Positions 51,215 to 61,197 of a stretch of DNA of 64,000 nt are shown here, piece by piece. Source of the DNA: an uncultured bacterium. GTDB lineage: Bacteria > Zixibacteria > MSB-5A5 > CAIYYT01. Position 1 is the stretch's first letter. Every line of letters begins with the position of its first letter. Under the pieces are notes generated by a model. The model was not told where the DNA came from and did no database searches. It saw only the letters and a program-made list of their open reading frames with translations. The position numbers and the translations under genes were made by a program. Location: positions 26,244 through 90,243 of the forward strand of contig CAVOPW010000022.1 of NCBI GenBank assembly GCA_963698225.1, in the 5' to 3' direction.

Positions 51215-51812
51215 TCGCCGGGCCGGACTGATGGCCGTTCTGTTGATTGTGGCGATGTCGACAGTGGTACTGGCACAAGCCGACAAATCGGTCATTATCA
51301 TCGTCAATTCAGCCGGTTCGAGTTGGCCCGACGGCCAATTCCAGGAGCGGTTGAACGCGATAATCGCCGAGCAAAATGGCATTGAGATTGCCGAGGCGGA
51401 GGATGCGCAGGAATTGCTGAAAGTCAGCGACGGCCGCTTCAACAAGCAACGGGCGATCGACTATGGTGTTGCCGGTGCGCACCGGTTTGTCTTGTGGTGT
51501 GACGTGAAGCGCGAAGAAATGCGGATCGAGAAGGGTTTCACCCTGCCGTTCTTTGCGCGACAGCGGCGAGTAACCGCGCACATGGAGCTTGACTACCGCA
51601 TCGTAGATTGCAGCCGGGGCCGCGTGGTCGCCAGCGAGAAGTTGAAGGTGAAGAAGCACGGACCGTCGACGATGCAGTATCTTGACTTTACCGACGCCGA
51701 CCCGAATTTGTATTTGTCCTACGTCGAGCGCAAAGAGATGTTTGACAATCTCGAGCAGGAAGCCGCCGACAAACTGACGGACGTATTTGCCGAGTTGGCG
51801 CGACAAAGATAA
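51204..51812 (+). CDS. Secreted hypothetical protein (possible CsgG/FlgT-like alpha/beta fold)
   Basis: Signal peptide; LDYRIVDC..GRVV..K, LE..AADKL pattern. Confidence 0.5.
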   Translation: MKNNRRAGLMAVLLIVAMSTVVLAQADKSVIIIVNSAGSSWPDGQFQERLNAIIAEQNGIEIAEAEDAQELLKVSDGRFNKQRAIDYGVAGAHRFVLWCDVKREEMRIEKGFTLPFFARQRRVTAHMELDYRIVDCSRGRVVASEKLKVKKHGPSTMQYLDFTDADPNLYLSYVERKEMFDNLEQEAADKLTDVFAELARQR

Positions 51813-51817
51813 CCCGT

Positions 51818-53581
51818 ATGGACGAGCAATTGTCGGACGATTATCACGGAGTGTCATCAGGGCCCGCGCATTTAGTATTCGACAACCTGCCGCTGGCGGC
51901 ATTCGCCGGCGACGCCAAGGGGCAGATTGTTTATACAAATCCGGCTTTCCACCGGCTGATTGACCCGGAACACTACTCTCATGATTTGTGCATGAAGTTG
52001 GAGGATTTGGAGTCGCTGTTTGACGCCAACCTGAAGCGGCACTGGCAAGAGGTGTTTTCCGGGCGCAATGTCGCGCAAATTGAGCCCTTCACATTTACCA
52101 ACCGATGCGGGCGAATCTATTACTTGTCAATGTCACTTTCGCGGTCGCGGGTTGAAGAGACTACCGGCATCATCTATGATCTGACGGAATCGAGCGAGGC
52201 AACGGCGAAAGTTGAGCGGCACTTGCGCGAGTTGAAGATTATTGAGGAGATATCACAGGCGCTGCATTCAACGATGCGCTCGGAAGAGATCCTGCGGATC
52301 ATTCTTGCCGCGGCGACGTGCAAAGAGGGGCTTGGCTTCAATCGGGCGTTTCTCTTCCAGCGTGAAAAGGGCAAAGACGCGATGGTCGGAAAGATGGCGA
52401 TCGGGCCGTCTACGCCCGACGAGGCGGGACGAATATGGGCAGGAATGAATGCCGGACACCGGTCACTTTCGGATGTTCTGCAGTGTTACCTGAGCAATGT
52501 CGACCAATACGACATTGAGGTCAACCATATGGTTCGATCGATGCAGTTTGATCTCGCGGACGAACGGCTGATCAGGGAAGTCGTCGAATCCGGCCAATGG
52601 ATCAATGTCGACAATGAAGAGCGGTTTCGTGAGGCCAGCGAATCGCGAGCGCTCCGCAGCCTGCATGTTTCCTGGTGCTCAATTGTGCCCGTATTATCGC
52701 GCGGACAGAGCATCGGCGTGATTGTGGCCGACAACCTGATCACCGGCCGGCCGATTGAGGACAGCGCCGTCCGGCTGCTTCAAGTGTTTGCTTCCCATGC
52801 ATCTACGGCGATTGAACATGCGCAACTGTTTGAAGAAGTCGAACGCAAGGCGCATTCGCTGGAGGAAGCGCAGAAGACGATTGAAAGAGTACAGCAGCAG
52901 ATAAATGCCATTGAGCGGATCTCGCTGGCTTCGGAAATCTCGCACAAGATTTCGCATGAATTGCGAAATCCGCTGACGATCATCGGCGGATTCGCCGCAC
53001 TGCTAAAAAGCAAGCTTGATCCTGCCGATAAACTAAGTGAGCATGCACAAATCATCGTTGAAGAGACGGCTCGCCTGGAAAACGCAATGACCGATGTGTT
53101 GAACTTCTCGAAGTCGTTTGCTTTGGAGAAGGAGACAGTCGATCTGACGGATATTGGCCGGGTAGCCGTAGATGTCTTCGCACGTCAGCATGCAGCCAGG
53201 CGAATCGAATTTGCGCTTGGCGCAGAGTCGGCCCATTACGTTTGCGTCAATAAAGATCAGGCGGTGCAGTCGCTCTATGATATTCTGGAGCATCTCGATT
53301 CGGTTCTGCCAACAGCGGCGCGTTTGAATATGAAGCCAGAGTTGCGTGAGGGCAGACATCGCCTGAACATATGGATCCGCACGGTGCCGAGCGAAGATTC
53401 TGAATGTCGACGCGCACTTGCCGCAGCATTTGACTCGGAATTACAGGGCTCTTCACTGCGCATGACCTTGGCTTTTGAAACAATTCGATACAACGGCGGA
53501 GAGCCGGGAATTGAGATCGGCGATGATGGGCGGGCCTGCGTCTACATCGCCTATCCGGTACTGGAGGTACTAAATGCCTAA
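51818..53581 (+). CDS. Cytoplasmic PAS-GAF-HisKA protein with degenerate HATPase domain
   Basis: PAS (YTNPAF), GAF (GLGFNRAFLF, ADNLITG), H-box SHELRNPL; N/G1/G2 boxes missing. Confidence 0.8.
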   Translation: MDEQLSDDYHGVSSGPAHLVFDNLPLAAFAGDAKGQIVYTNPAFHRLIDPEHYSHDLCMKLEDLESLFDANLKRHWQEVFSGRNVAQIEPFTFTNRCGRIYYLSMSLSRSRVEETTGIIYDLTESSEATAKVERHLRELKIIEEISQALHSTMRSEEILRIILAAATCKEGLGFNRAFLFQREKGKDAMVGKMAIGPSTPDEAGRIWAGMNAGHRSLSDVLQCYLSNVDQYDIEVNHMVRSMQFDLADERLIREVVESGQWINVDNEERFREASESRALRSLHVSWCSIVPVLSRGQSIGVIVADNLITGRPIEDSAVRLLQVFASHASTAIEHAQLFEEVERKAHSLEEAQKTIERVQQQINAIERISLASEISHKISHELRNPLTIIGGFAALLKSKLDPADKLSEHAQIIVEETARLENAMTDVLNFSKSFALEKETVDLTDIGRVAVDVFARQHAARRIEFALGAESAHYVCVNKDQAVQSLYDILEHLDSVLPTAARLNMKPELREGRHRLNIWIRTVPSEDSECRRALAAAFDSELQGSSLRMTLAFETIRYNGGEPGIEIGDDGRACVYIAYPVLEVLNA

Positions 53582-53930
53582 GACAGTAATGTGCGTCGAT
53601 GACGAGATCAATCTGCTCAAACTATATCAGCAGGTCCTGACGGACGAAGGATACCAGGTGCTTTCCGCGCGCACCATCAAGGAGGCGATGGAACTCCTCG
53701 AATCGTTCCCGATCGACCTTGTTGTCCTGGACATCAAGATGGAGAAAGAAAACGGCCTCGACCTGCTTGAGGAGATCAAACGGAATCGTCCCGGAGTGCC
53801 GGTGGTCTTGAATTCGGCATTTAACACGTACAAGTCGGACTTCAAGAGCTGGCTCGCCAATGAATATCTCGTCAAGAACAGCGACTTCGGCGAACTCAAA
53901 ACCAAGATTGGAAATCTGCTGCATGAATAA
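53574..53930 (+). CDS. Single-domain response regulator
   Basis: CVDDE, LDIKM, NSA, YLVK. Confidence 0.9.
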   Translation: MPKTVMCVDDEINLLKLYQQVLTDEGYQVLSARTIKEAMELLESFPIDLVVLDIKMEKENGLDLLEEIKRNRPGVPVVLNSAFNTYKSDFKSWLANEYLVKNSDFGELKTKIGNLLHE

Positions 53931-54288
53931 GACGGAATCGACGGTCAGCTTTGCGCAGTTGGTTGAACATGTGACACTGTTAGTGGACGAAATCAAGTTG
54001 GTCAACTTGAATCTCACGATCGCCAACGCGCGGCTACGCCTCACGGACAACGCGTTTCAAGCGGTCGGCGGGAGTTTCCGGCAACTGATCGACACCACCA
54101 CGGAGACGCAAGAAGCGGCAGAGATAGTGCTGAAACGGGCACGGGGAGAGCACTTGACAGACGCAGAGCGCGACTTCATGAAGCGAGAACTTGACCTGAA
54201 CCTGGAAAAGATTCAGCGTGCGGCCGAGAACATCATCCAGACGGTGATGTCGATCAAGAAGGGACAGCGAGTCAATCATGAGGGTTGA
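53923..54288 (+). CDS. Small helical protein resembling a fragment of an MCP signalling hairpin
   Basis: EIKLVNLNLTIANAR..FQAV resembles MCP tip QTNLLALNAAIEAAR..FAVV; ATG overlaps the upstream gene end. Confidence 0.5.
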   Translation: MNKTESTVSFAQLVEHVTLLVDEIKLVNLNLTIANARLRLTDNAFQAVGGSFRQLIDTTTETQEAAEIVLKRARGEHLTDAERDFMKRELDLNLEKIQRAAENIIQTVMSIKKGQRVNHEG

Positions 54289-54312
54289 CGACAAACCGGA
54301 AAGCAGGCTCCA

Positions 54313-54921
54313 TTGCGATTGATTACAATTGTGACCGACATCGGCGGCCCGATCGCCCTGCACGGCATTCTTTCGGAATTGCCGCGAGAATTTGGTGCGC
54401 CGATTGTGGTGATGCAGCCGGCCGGGGAAGTTCTGGTCGAGTCGGCAATTGCGGCGCTGCGACGTACTACGAAACTGAGAATCGTGCAGATGAAGGCCGA
54501 GGAAGAGCTTGAAGCCGGCACAGTCTATTTCGCCGAATCGGGGAGCGGTTATCAGCCCGGGGCCGACCGCAATCGACTGATGCTGGTGCACGCAAGAGGC
54601 AGGGGTGGGCATTCCGGCATAGCCGGGACGATGGGTGCGCTGGCGCGACTATTAGGTTCGGAATTGACGGTAATCTTCCTGTCCGGCCGGGGCGACGCGA
54701 CAGAAATCAAGCATATTTGTTCCGCCCTGGAACAATGTGGATCCCGCGTCCTGGTTCTGGACCGAAAGGAGAGCGTCGTTGAGGAGTTAGGGCAATCCGC
54801 GTTGCGATTTGCCCCGTCAGCGAAGGAACTCAGCGCGGCGCGAATAGTCGCCGTACTTTGGGAAGCAACGGCCGGACAGGGTATTGGCCGAAATACAACT
54901 GAAAGTGCCGCAAAGAAGTAA
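54313..54921 (+). CDS. CheB methylesterase-like domain, catalytically degenerate
   Basis: VTDIGGP.AL..IL.ELP..F.APIVVMQP, LSGRGD, VLD..ESVV; catalytic Ser and His replaced. Confidence 0.7.
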   Translation: MRLITIVTDIGGPIALHGILSELPREFGAPIVVMQPAGEVLVESAIAALRRTTKLRIVQMKAEEELEAGTVYFAESGSGYQPGADRNRLMLVHARGRGGHSGIAGTMGALARLLGSELTVIFLSGRGDATEIKHICSALEQCGSRVLVLDRKESVVEELGQSALRFAPSAKELSAARIVAVLWEATAGQGIGRNTTESAAKK

Positions 54922-54945
54922 ACGGCGCCAATGAGGCGCCGATAA
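54919..54945 (+). promoter_or_regulatory. sigma28 (FliA) promoter
   Basis: Exact TAAA-N15-GCCGATAA 35 nt before ATG 54981. Confidence 0.8.
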
Positions 54946-54980
54946 CTTGTAATGAAACCAATCTCTGGCAGAGGACTGTA

Positions 54981-55394
54981 ATGGAAGATTTCGATCCGAT
55001 CAAAGTTCTGGTTGTTGACGACGAAGAAGTCATGAGAAGTCGCATGACAAAGATTCTCGAGAAGGCCGGCTACCTGGTAATGACTGCGAGTGGCGGAGAG
55101 CCGGCGCGGGCAATTTTGGTCGAGCAGCCGGTCGACCTTGTTCTTGCCGACGTGAAGATGCCGGACATGAGCGGATTCGAGTTATTGAAAGAGATCAAAT
55201 CGAACTATCCCCACATTTCCGTCATCATGATGACGGCTCATGCAGACTCCGGTACGATTAAAAATGCGCTGACTTACGGTGCAGACGAATACATCACCAA
55301 GCCCTTCAAGGATTACGAAGTGACGGTCGTGATGGAGCGAGCATACTGGCGCAATCAAGCGTGGCGCAGTCAGACACCCAGACAAGACTTATAG
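54981..55394 (+). CDS. Single-domain response regulator
   Basis: VVDDE, ADVKMP, MTA, KPF. Confidence 0.9.
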   Translation: MEDFDPIKVLVVDDEEVMRSRMTKILEKAGYLVMTASGGEPARAILVEQPVDLVLADVKMPDMSGFELLKEIKSNYPHISVIMMTAHADSGTIKNALTYGADEYITKPFKDYEVTVVMERAYWRNQAWRSQTPRQDL

Positions 55395-55405
55395 AGGGAG
55401 CAGCC

Positions 55406-56935
55406 GTGACCAGAGATATGAAGTATCTCAAGACACCCAACGGGCTGATACTGACGGTCAACGGCGACGGTACTGTTGCGCAGCTGCAGGTTCTTTCGAC
55501 CGCGTCAGAAGAGCAGCCTCCTACTTTAGACAGCATCAAGAAGGTATTGGCGGAAAACGGTATTGTCTTTGGAATAGACGAGGATGCCATCGCTGAAGCA
55601 CTCACGAACCCGGGGAATATTGAACCATTCATAATCGCGCGGGGCATTTCGGCGGAGGCCGGCGTAGACGCGCAAGTTGAGCTACTGTTTGAGGTCCTGT
55701 CGAGAGCGGAACCGAGCGTTGATGCCCGGGGCCGAATCGACTACAAGAATCTTCATTTTATCCAGAATGCCCGGGCGGGACAAATTCTCGCGCGCAAGAC
55801 ACCAGCGACGCCGGGAACCCCCGGCAAATCGGTGTTCGGTTTGCCGTTAGCGCCCAGACCCGGACGTGATCGTCAGTTAGGCAAGGGCATGAGTACCGAA
55901 ATAAGCCAGGATGGCCTTGCTTTGGCGGCCACGATTGACGGGACAATAGCTTTCAAGTTCAACACCATCAGTGTACATCCCGATGAGAACATACCGTCAT
56001 CGGTGGATACTAAGACCGGCAATATCGACTGCGTGGGGTCTTTAAAAATTGGCGGTGATATTTCCTCGGACTTTACGGTGATCGCCGGTCACAATATTGA
56101 AGTGAGCGGCAATGTGGCCGATGCGGTGGTTCAGGCCGGGGGCAGCGTATTGATTCACGGCGGCTACTTCGGAGCCGGCAAAGGGAAGCTGATTGCGGGC
56201 GGGGATGTGACGCTCAAGTATGTTGAGAACCAAAAGATTCGTGCCGGCGGCAATATCATGATCGGCGGCGAGGCGTTAAATGTTGATGTTTATGCCGACG
56301 ATGCCGTGTATGTGCAGGGCAAGCCGGGCAGTATCATCGGCGGCCATGTTGCGGCGAAAAATCTGGTCCGCGCCGTGCAAATCGGAAATGAGGCCTCGGT
56401 GCCGACGCATGTTCATGTCGGCTATGACATAAAGACTGTCGACCGGCTTCGCGAGGTGGGCCATGAGCTGGAACGGCTTCAGACTGACGAAAAGCGAATC
56501 AAAGGTGCGATGGTGTTCTTGTACAAGCTGGAAATGAACGGCAAGTTGCCGGCTGACAAAAAGGAAGCACTCGACCAGTTCAAGGTCTTTATTGAAGACA
56601 TGCCGAATCTCATGAACGAGTTGAAACAAGAGCAAGAGCAGCTTCGTGGCAAACTTCAGCAGATGACAGAAGCGCGAATCGTTGTCGAAGGCAAAGCTTA
56701 CGCGGGAGCGGTTCTGCATTTTGGGCCGATTTACAAAGAACTGCTTGAAGACGTAAAAGGGCCGGTAGTGTTCGAAAAAACCGGGGACACGATCACCAAA
56801 GCGGTACTGGATTCCAACTACGAGCGCATACTTGAGGACGACAAGAAGCGGCATAAGCGGGAACAAGCGCCCCTCGTGGGAGCTCCGGAAGGGCGACCAG
56901 TCGGCGAGATGCCGGCTCTCGCAGCAAAAATCTAA
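55406..56935 (+). CDS. FapA/DUF342 family flagellar-associated protein
   Basis: GIVFGIDE, IARG, GRIDYK, VDTKTGNID, beta-helix repeats, coiled coil. Confidence 0.88.
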   Translation: MTRDMKYLKTPNGLILTVNGDGTVAQLQVLSTASEEQPPTLDSIKKVLAENGIVFGIDEDAIAEALTNPGNIEPFIIARGISAEAGVDAQVELLFEVLSRAEPSVDARGRIDYKNLHFIQNARAGQILARKTPATPGTPGKSVFGLPLAPRPGRDRQLGKGMSTEISQDGLALAATIDGTIAFKFNTISVHPDENIPSSVDTKTGNIDCVGSLKIGGDISSDFTVIAGHNIEVSGNVADAVVQAGGSVLIHGGYFGAGKGKLIAGGDVTLKYVENQKIRAGGNIMIGGEALNVDVYADDAVYVQGKPGSIIGGHVAAKNLVRAVQIGNEASVPTHVHVGYDIKTVDRLREVGHELERLQTDEKRIKGAMVFLYKLEMNGKLPADKKEALDQFKVFIEDMPNLMNELKQEQEQLRGKLQQMTEARIVVEGKAYAGAVLHFGPIYKELLEDVKGPVVFEKTGDTITKAVLDSNYERILEDDKKRHKREQAPLVGAPEGRPVGEMPALAAKI

Positions 56936-57076
56936 AGCCTACCTAACGGCTCGATAATCTCGACATCTATTTACGCCTCCTTGACTTGGGCGTCCGCGTA
57001 ACCGGAACACGGTGCGATCGCCAAGAATTCCCTTGCTTTAGCGGCGACATACGCCGTAGTTTTTGTGTCATTCGCT

Positions 57077-57148
57077 GCGGGTGTAGTTCAGCGGTAGAAC
57101 GTCAGCTTCCCAAGCTGAATGTCGAGGGTTCAACTCCCTTCACCCGCT
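57077..57148 (+). tRNA. tRNA-Gly (CCC), CCA not encoded
   Basis: Acceptor GCGGGTG/CACCCGC, anticodon arm TCAGC-ttCCCaa-GCTGA, T arm GAGGG-TTCAACT-CCCTT. Confidence 0.96.
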
Positions 57149-57176
57149 GTTTTGTTTGTCTTTAACGAATTGAGTT

Positions 57177-58511
57177 ATGGCGCTTCCAGTAGTTGCAATT
57201 ATCGGCCGTCCGAACGTCGGCAAGTCGACATTTTTCAATCGGATCATCAAAGATCGTCTGGCCGTCACCGACGATACTCCGGGTGTAACCAGAGATCGTC
57301 TCTACCGGACGATGGAGTGGACCGGGAGATATTTCGTAGCGGTAGATACCGGCGGGTTCTTACCCCGCTCACACGAACTGTTTGACCAGCGGGTCCGCGA
57401 ACAGGCGGAAATCGCCATTCAGGAAGCGGATCTGGTGTTATTCATGGTGGACAGCAAGGTCGGTCCGATGGAAATCGACAAAGAGATTGCCAAGATGCTT
57501 TTGAAGATGAAGCAGCCGACGCTGCTCATTGCCAACAAGTCGGACAATGAGACTTTGCAGTTGGAGGCGAACAATTTCTATTCGCTCGGATTGGGTGAGC
57601 CCTTTCCTGTCTCTTCGACCGACGGGTTCAACGTCGGAAATGTGCTGGACGAGATTGTGGCGCGTTTGCCGGACTTCACCGAAGAAAAGGAATTCCGACC
57701 TGATGCAATCCGGGTGGCCGTGATCGGGCGCCCGAATGTCGGCAAATCTTCGATCGTGAACAAGATGCTGGGCGACGAGCGGCTGATCGTGACGGATATT
57801 GCAGGCACGACGCGTGACTCGGTCGACACGTTTCTGGAATACAATAATCAAGATTTCGTCATGATTGACACCGCGGGGTTGCGGAGGCAGGCACGGGTGA
57901 AGGACAATCTGGAGATGTACACGGCGCTGCGGTCGATAAGGACTTTGCAGAGGGCCGACGTTGCGCTGATCCTGGTCGAGGCTCCGAACGGGATTACCGG
58001 ACAAGATATCAAGATTATCGAGCAGGCAGAGGAGGCGCGCAAAGCCATTATTGTGGTGGTGAACAAGTGGGACCTGGTGGAGAAGGACACATACACGGTT
58101 GACCAATTCACGCGCACGTTTCACGAGAAGGCACGGACGATGAGTTACATTCCCTTGGTGTTTGTATCCGCATTGACGGGCCAGCGCGTAACGAAAGTGC
58201 TCGACAAGGTGATTGAGGTTTACAATGACCGCCAGAAACGGATTCCAACGGCTGAGCTAAACAACTTTCTCGAGGCCGCTGTCGAAGAAAGACATCCGCC
58301 TGCGCACCGGGGAGTTCACATCAAGTTTTACTATGTGACGCAGACCGAGATTGCACCGCCGACCTTTGTGTTTTTTGCCAATTATCCGGAGCAAATTGAC
58401 ATCACCTATATCCGCTATTTGGAGAATCGCTTGCGCGAGCGCTTTGGATTTGTCGGGAACGCTTTGCGCATGAAGTTCAATCCGCGTTCGAGTCGTCCTG
58501 ATATGCAATAG
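57177..58511 (+). CDS. der: Ribosome biogenesis GTPase Der/EngA
   Basis: Two GRPNVGKS P-loops, DTGG/DTAG, NKSD/NKWD, KH-like C-terminus. Confidence 0.97.
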   Translation: MALPVVAIIGRPNVGKSTFFNRIIKDRLAVTDDTPGVTRDRLYRTMEWTGRYFVAVDTGGFLPRSHELFDQRVREQAEIAIQEADLVLFMVDSKVGPMEIDKEIAKMLLKMKQPTLLIANKSDNETLQLEANNFYSLGLGEPFPVSSTDGFNVGNVLDEIVARLPDFTEEKEFRPDAIRVAVIGRPNVGKSSIVNKMLGDERLIVTDIAGTTRDSVDTFLEYNNQDFVMIDTAGLRRQARVKDNLEMYTALRSIRTLQRADVALILVEAPNGITGQDIKIIEQAEEARKAIIVVVNKWDLVEKDTYTVDQFTRTFHEKARTMSYIPLVFVSALTGQRVTKVLDKVIEVYNDRQKRIPTAELNNFLEAAVEERHPPAHRGVHIKFYYVTQTEIAPPTFVFFANYPEQIDITYIRYLENRLRERFGFVGNALRMKFNPRSSRPDMQ

Positions 58512-58663
58512 TCCACTCTTGTCGCGATGATAATCCCTAAAGTTTTATGGAACGGCACTAAACTTTCCGAGCGGGTGGAGGGTATATTGGAGACCAGTAA
58601 TTGGTTGGGCCGCTGATGAGTTTGCGGTCGTAATGTTGTGCATTTGTTGAAAGGAATCCGACA

Positions 58664-59365
58664 ATGAAAAAGATGTTAGCCGCCATCTTCGCCTTAGTGC
58701 TGCTTAGCGCGGCTCCTTCGCACGCGTTAATGATCGGCCAGATGCGCAGCGCCGAGACGTCCGGGTGGGGAAGCCTCAACCTGACGACAGGAATCGGAAT
58801 ATTTGACAACGTCAAGCATATCTTCGGGACCGTGCGCTATGGAATAGCTTCGCAAATTGACCTGTCCGGCTCGCTGGCGCTGCTTGATCACGAAGCCAAC
58901 GACGACGCGTCGCTGCTTTTTAACGGGGACATTCAATATCAGTTCATGCAGTCGAAATTGGGATACTCTTTCGACATGGCGGCGGGAGCGGTATTTGAAT
59001 ACTTCTCCATGGGTTATGGAAATGTCGATGCTTCAACGTGGACAATTGGACTGAACTACATTGTGAGCAGGCCGGTAAAGCTCGAGAATGGGTTTGCGTT
59101 TACTCCATACGGGCGATTGAACGTTCGGTCGGATAATTACAGCGCTGAAACAGATATGAACCCTGATGGTGTGCCTGGGACGACTTCTGGACTCTCGAAG
59201 CTGCTTAGGTCGCAGGCAACAGTATCGAGTGATGAATCGGATTTCAACATTGGTGTAAATCTCGGCTCGGTATTTTCGATTTCAAGCAAGGTGAATTTGA
59301 CCGGCGAAGTGCAGATTGATGACGAGGTCGGATTTCTGGCTGGAATCACCTTCTTCATGTGGTAG
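58664..59365 (+). CDS. Outer membrane beta-barrel protein
   Basis: Signal peptide, amphipathic strands, terminal Trp. Confidence 0.6.
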   Translation: MKKMLAAIFALVLLSAAPSHALMIGQMRSAETSGWGSLNLTTGIGIFDNVKHIFGTVRYGIASQIDLSGSLALLDHEANDDASLLFNGDIQYQFMQSKLGYSFDMAAGAVFEYFSMGYGNVDASTWTIGLNYIVSRPVKLENGFAFTPYGRLNVRSDNYSAETDMNPDGVPGTTSGLSKLLRSQATVSSDESDFNIGVNLGSVFSISSKVNLTGEVQIDDEVGFLAGITFFMW

Positions 59366-59381
59366 TACTGACGATTAGCGA

Positions 59382-60179
59382 ATGAACATGATAGACGCCA
59401 TCATCCTCGGAGCGGTTCAAGGGGCCTCGGAGTTTCTGCCGATATCTTCTTCGGCGCACTTAGTCATTGGCCAGGCACTGCTCGGTGTCAACGAACCGAG
59501 CATCTTTCTCGAAGTTGCGCTTCACGTCGGGACGCTATTGGCGGTTTTGATATACTACTGGAAAGACGTGGTAGGCTTACTGACGTCCTTCGTTTCCTTC
59601 ATTGCCGGGAGAGATCGTGAGCGTCACCGTGACAACTATCGAATGTGCTGGTATATTATTCTTGGGTCGATTCCGGCAGCAGTTGGCGGATTGTTGTTCA
59701 AGGACTGGTTTGAAGCAAAATTCGATTCGGCGGTCTTTTCCGGGTATATGCTGTTGATTACAGCAGTCGTGCTGATCTCAACGCACTTCTTCAGGCCATC
59801 GGCCAAGCCGATCAATTCAATGCGCGCGTTCTTGATTGGCGTTGCGCAATTCTGCGCCATATTACCGGGTATTTCCCGGTCGGGTTCGACAATTGCCGCC
59901 GGACTATTTCAAGGAATTGATGCACGGGCAGCAGCGCGGTTTTCTTTCTTACTGTCGCTTCCTGCGGTGGCGGGGGCAGTGTTGCTCAAGGCAGTTGATT
60001 TGTCCAAGGTGGCGGAACCGATAACTGATATGCCGGCTTTTGCGGTCGGAGCTGGAGTATCTTTCATCGTGGGAATCGCCGCGATCCACTGGCTGCTTAA
60101 GATACTCGGCGGCCGGAAGTTCTACTTGTTTGGATTCTATTGTTTACTTGCCGGGCTGTTTACCATAATATACATCTAA
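59382..60179 (+). CDS. uppP: Undecaprenyl-diphosphate phosphatase
   Basis: QGASEFLPISSSAH, PGISRSGST, RFSFLL. Confidence 0.96.
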   Translation: MNMIDAIILGAVQGASEFLPISSSAHLVIGQALLGVNEPSIFLEVALHVGTLLAVLIYYWKDVVGLLTSFVSFIAGRDRERHRDNYRMCWYIILGSIPAAVGGLLFKDWFEAKFDSAVFSGYMLLITAVVLISTHFFRPSAKPINSMRAFLIGVAQFCAILPGISRSGSTIAAGLFQGIDARAAARFSFLLSLPAVAGAVLLKAVDLSKVAEPITDMPAFAVGAGVSFIVGIAAIHWLLKILGGRKFYLFGFYCLLAGLFTIIYI

Positions 60180-60180
60180 G

Positions 60181-61197
60181 ATGCCGACAATTCTGGTGGT
60201 GCGGTTCAGTTCGTTGGGCGACATCGTTCTAACGGAGCCGATTGTTCGGCAACTGCGCCAAGTCCATCCTGACGCCAAGATCCACTTCCTCACGAAATCG
60301 CGATTTGCTGAATTACTTTCCATGTTTGAGGGTATCGATCGCGTTCATCTGTGGGAGTCGGAAGAGGCGGGCAAGCTCCTGATGGATGAGCTGGATCAAT
60401 TTGAATTCGACTTTACAATTGATCTACACGACAATCTGCGGAGCCGGAAGGTTCGCAGCGCCATCGGAGTGCTCTGGGTCCATACGCGCAAAGAATGGTT
60501 CAAGCGATTCGCGAGTGTACGGATGAAGTGGCTGCATACAAGGCCAAGTCACGCGATCGAACGATATGCGGGAGCGCTTAAGTCGCTGGGGATGAAGTTG
60601 AACTTTGATTCACCCAGGCTCAATGTAGGAGAAGCATTCCGAAAGAGATGGGCTGACGTCAAAGCAGCGGGTAGTATTCCCGAGGACTACTTCGTCATAG
60701 CAGCCGGTGCCGCTCACGAGACTAAACAGGCGCCGGGTGAATTGTGGGCGCAAGTGGCAAAGGAGATAGCCGATGAGAGCGGCTTGAAGGCATTACTGGT
60801 CGGGGCGCTGAGCGAGAAGATGATGATGGAGGATTTGAAATTCAGGCTGCGACAGAATTGTGTCGGAGTCCTGTGTGAGGAGAGTATCGGGTTATCGGCG
60901 GCGGCCATAGCGGGATCGCGATTTGTGCTTTCGAATGACTCCGGTTCTGCGCATCTTGCTGCGGCAGTTGGAAGGCCGACGCTGGCGTTGTTTGGACCGA
61001 CGCATCCGATCCTCGGATTTGCACCGCGAGGCCAGCGAGCAGGATTTCATTCAGTGCACGAATACTGTTCGCCGTGCAGTTTACATGGCAGGAGGCCGTG
61101 CTATCGCGAGCAGCGATATTGTTTTTCGAAAATGGCGGCAACGACAATCGTTGAGCAGATCAATGCGCTGATCAGCAAGGAAGTGGACAATCAATGA
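60181..61197 (+). CDS. Glycosyltransferase family 9 (LPS heptosyltransferase-like)
   Basis: RFSSLGDIVL, IDLH, NDSG..HLAAA, LFGPT. Confidence 0.9.
   Translation: MPTILVVRFSSLGDIVLTEPIVRQLRQVHPDAKIHFLTKSRFAELLSMFEGIDRVHLWESEEAGKLLMDELDQFEFDFTIDLHDNLRSRKVRSAIGVLWVHTRKEWFKRFASVRMKWLHTRPSHAIERYAGALKSLGMKLNFDSPRLNVGEAFRKRWADVKAAGSIPEDYFVIAAGAAHETKQAPGELWAQVAKEIADESGLKALLVGALSEKMMMEDLKFRLRQNCVGVLCEESIGLSAAAIAGSRFVLSNDSGSAHLAAAVGRPTLALFGPTHPILGFAPRGQRAGFHSVHEYCSPCSLHGRRPCYREQRYCFSKMAATTIVEQINALISKEVDNQ

Noticed and set aside
56933-56957. Possible sigma28 promoter TAAA..CTCGATAA after the FapA-like gene
   Set aside because: Spacer is 13 nt rather than 15, the -10 is imperfect, and the downstream gene is a tRNA
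57077-57176. tRNA-Gly as integration site of an island
   Set aside because: No integrase or duplicated tRNA 3' end seen; directly followed by housekeeping der
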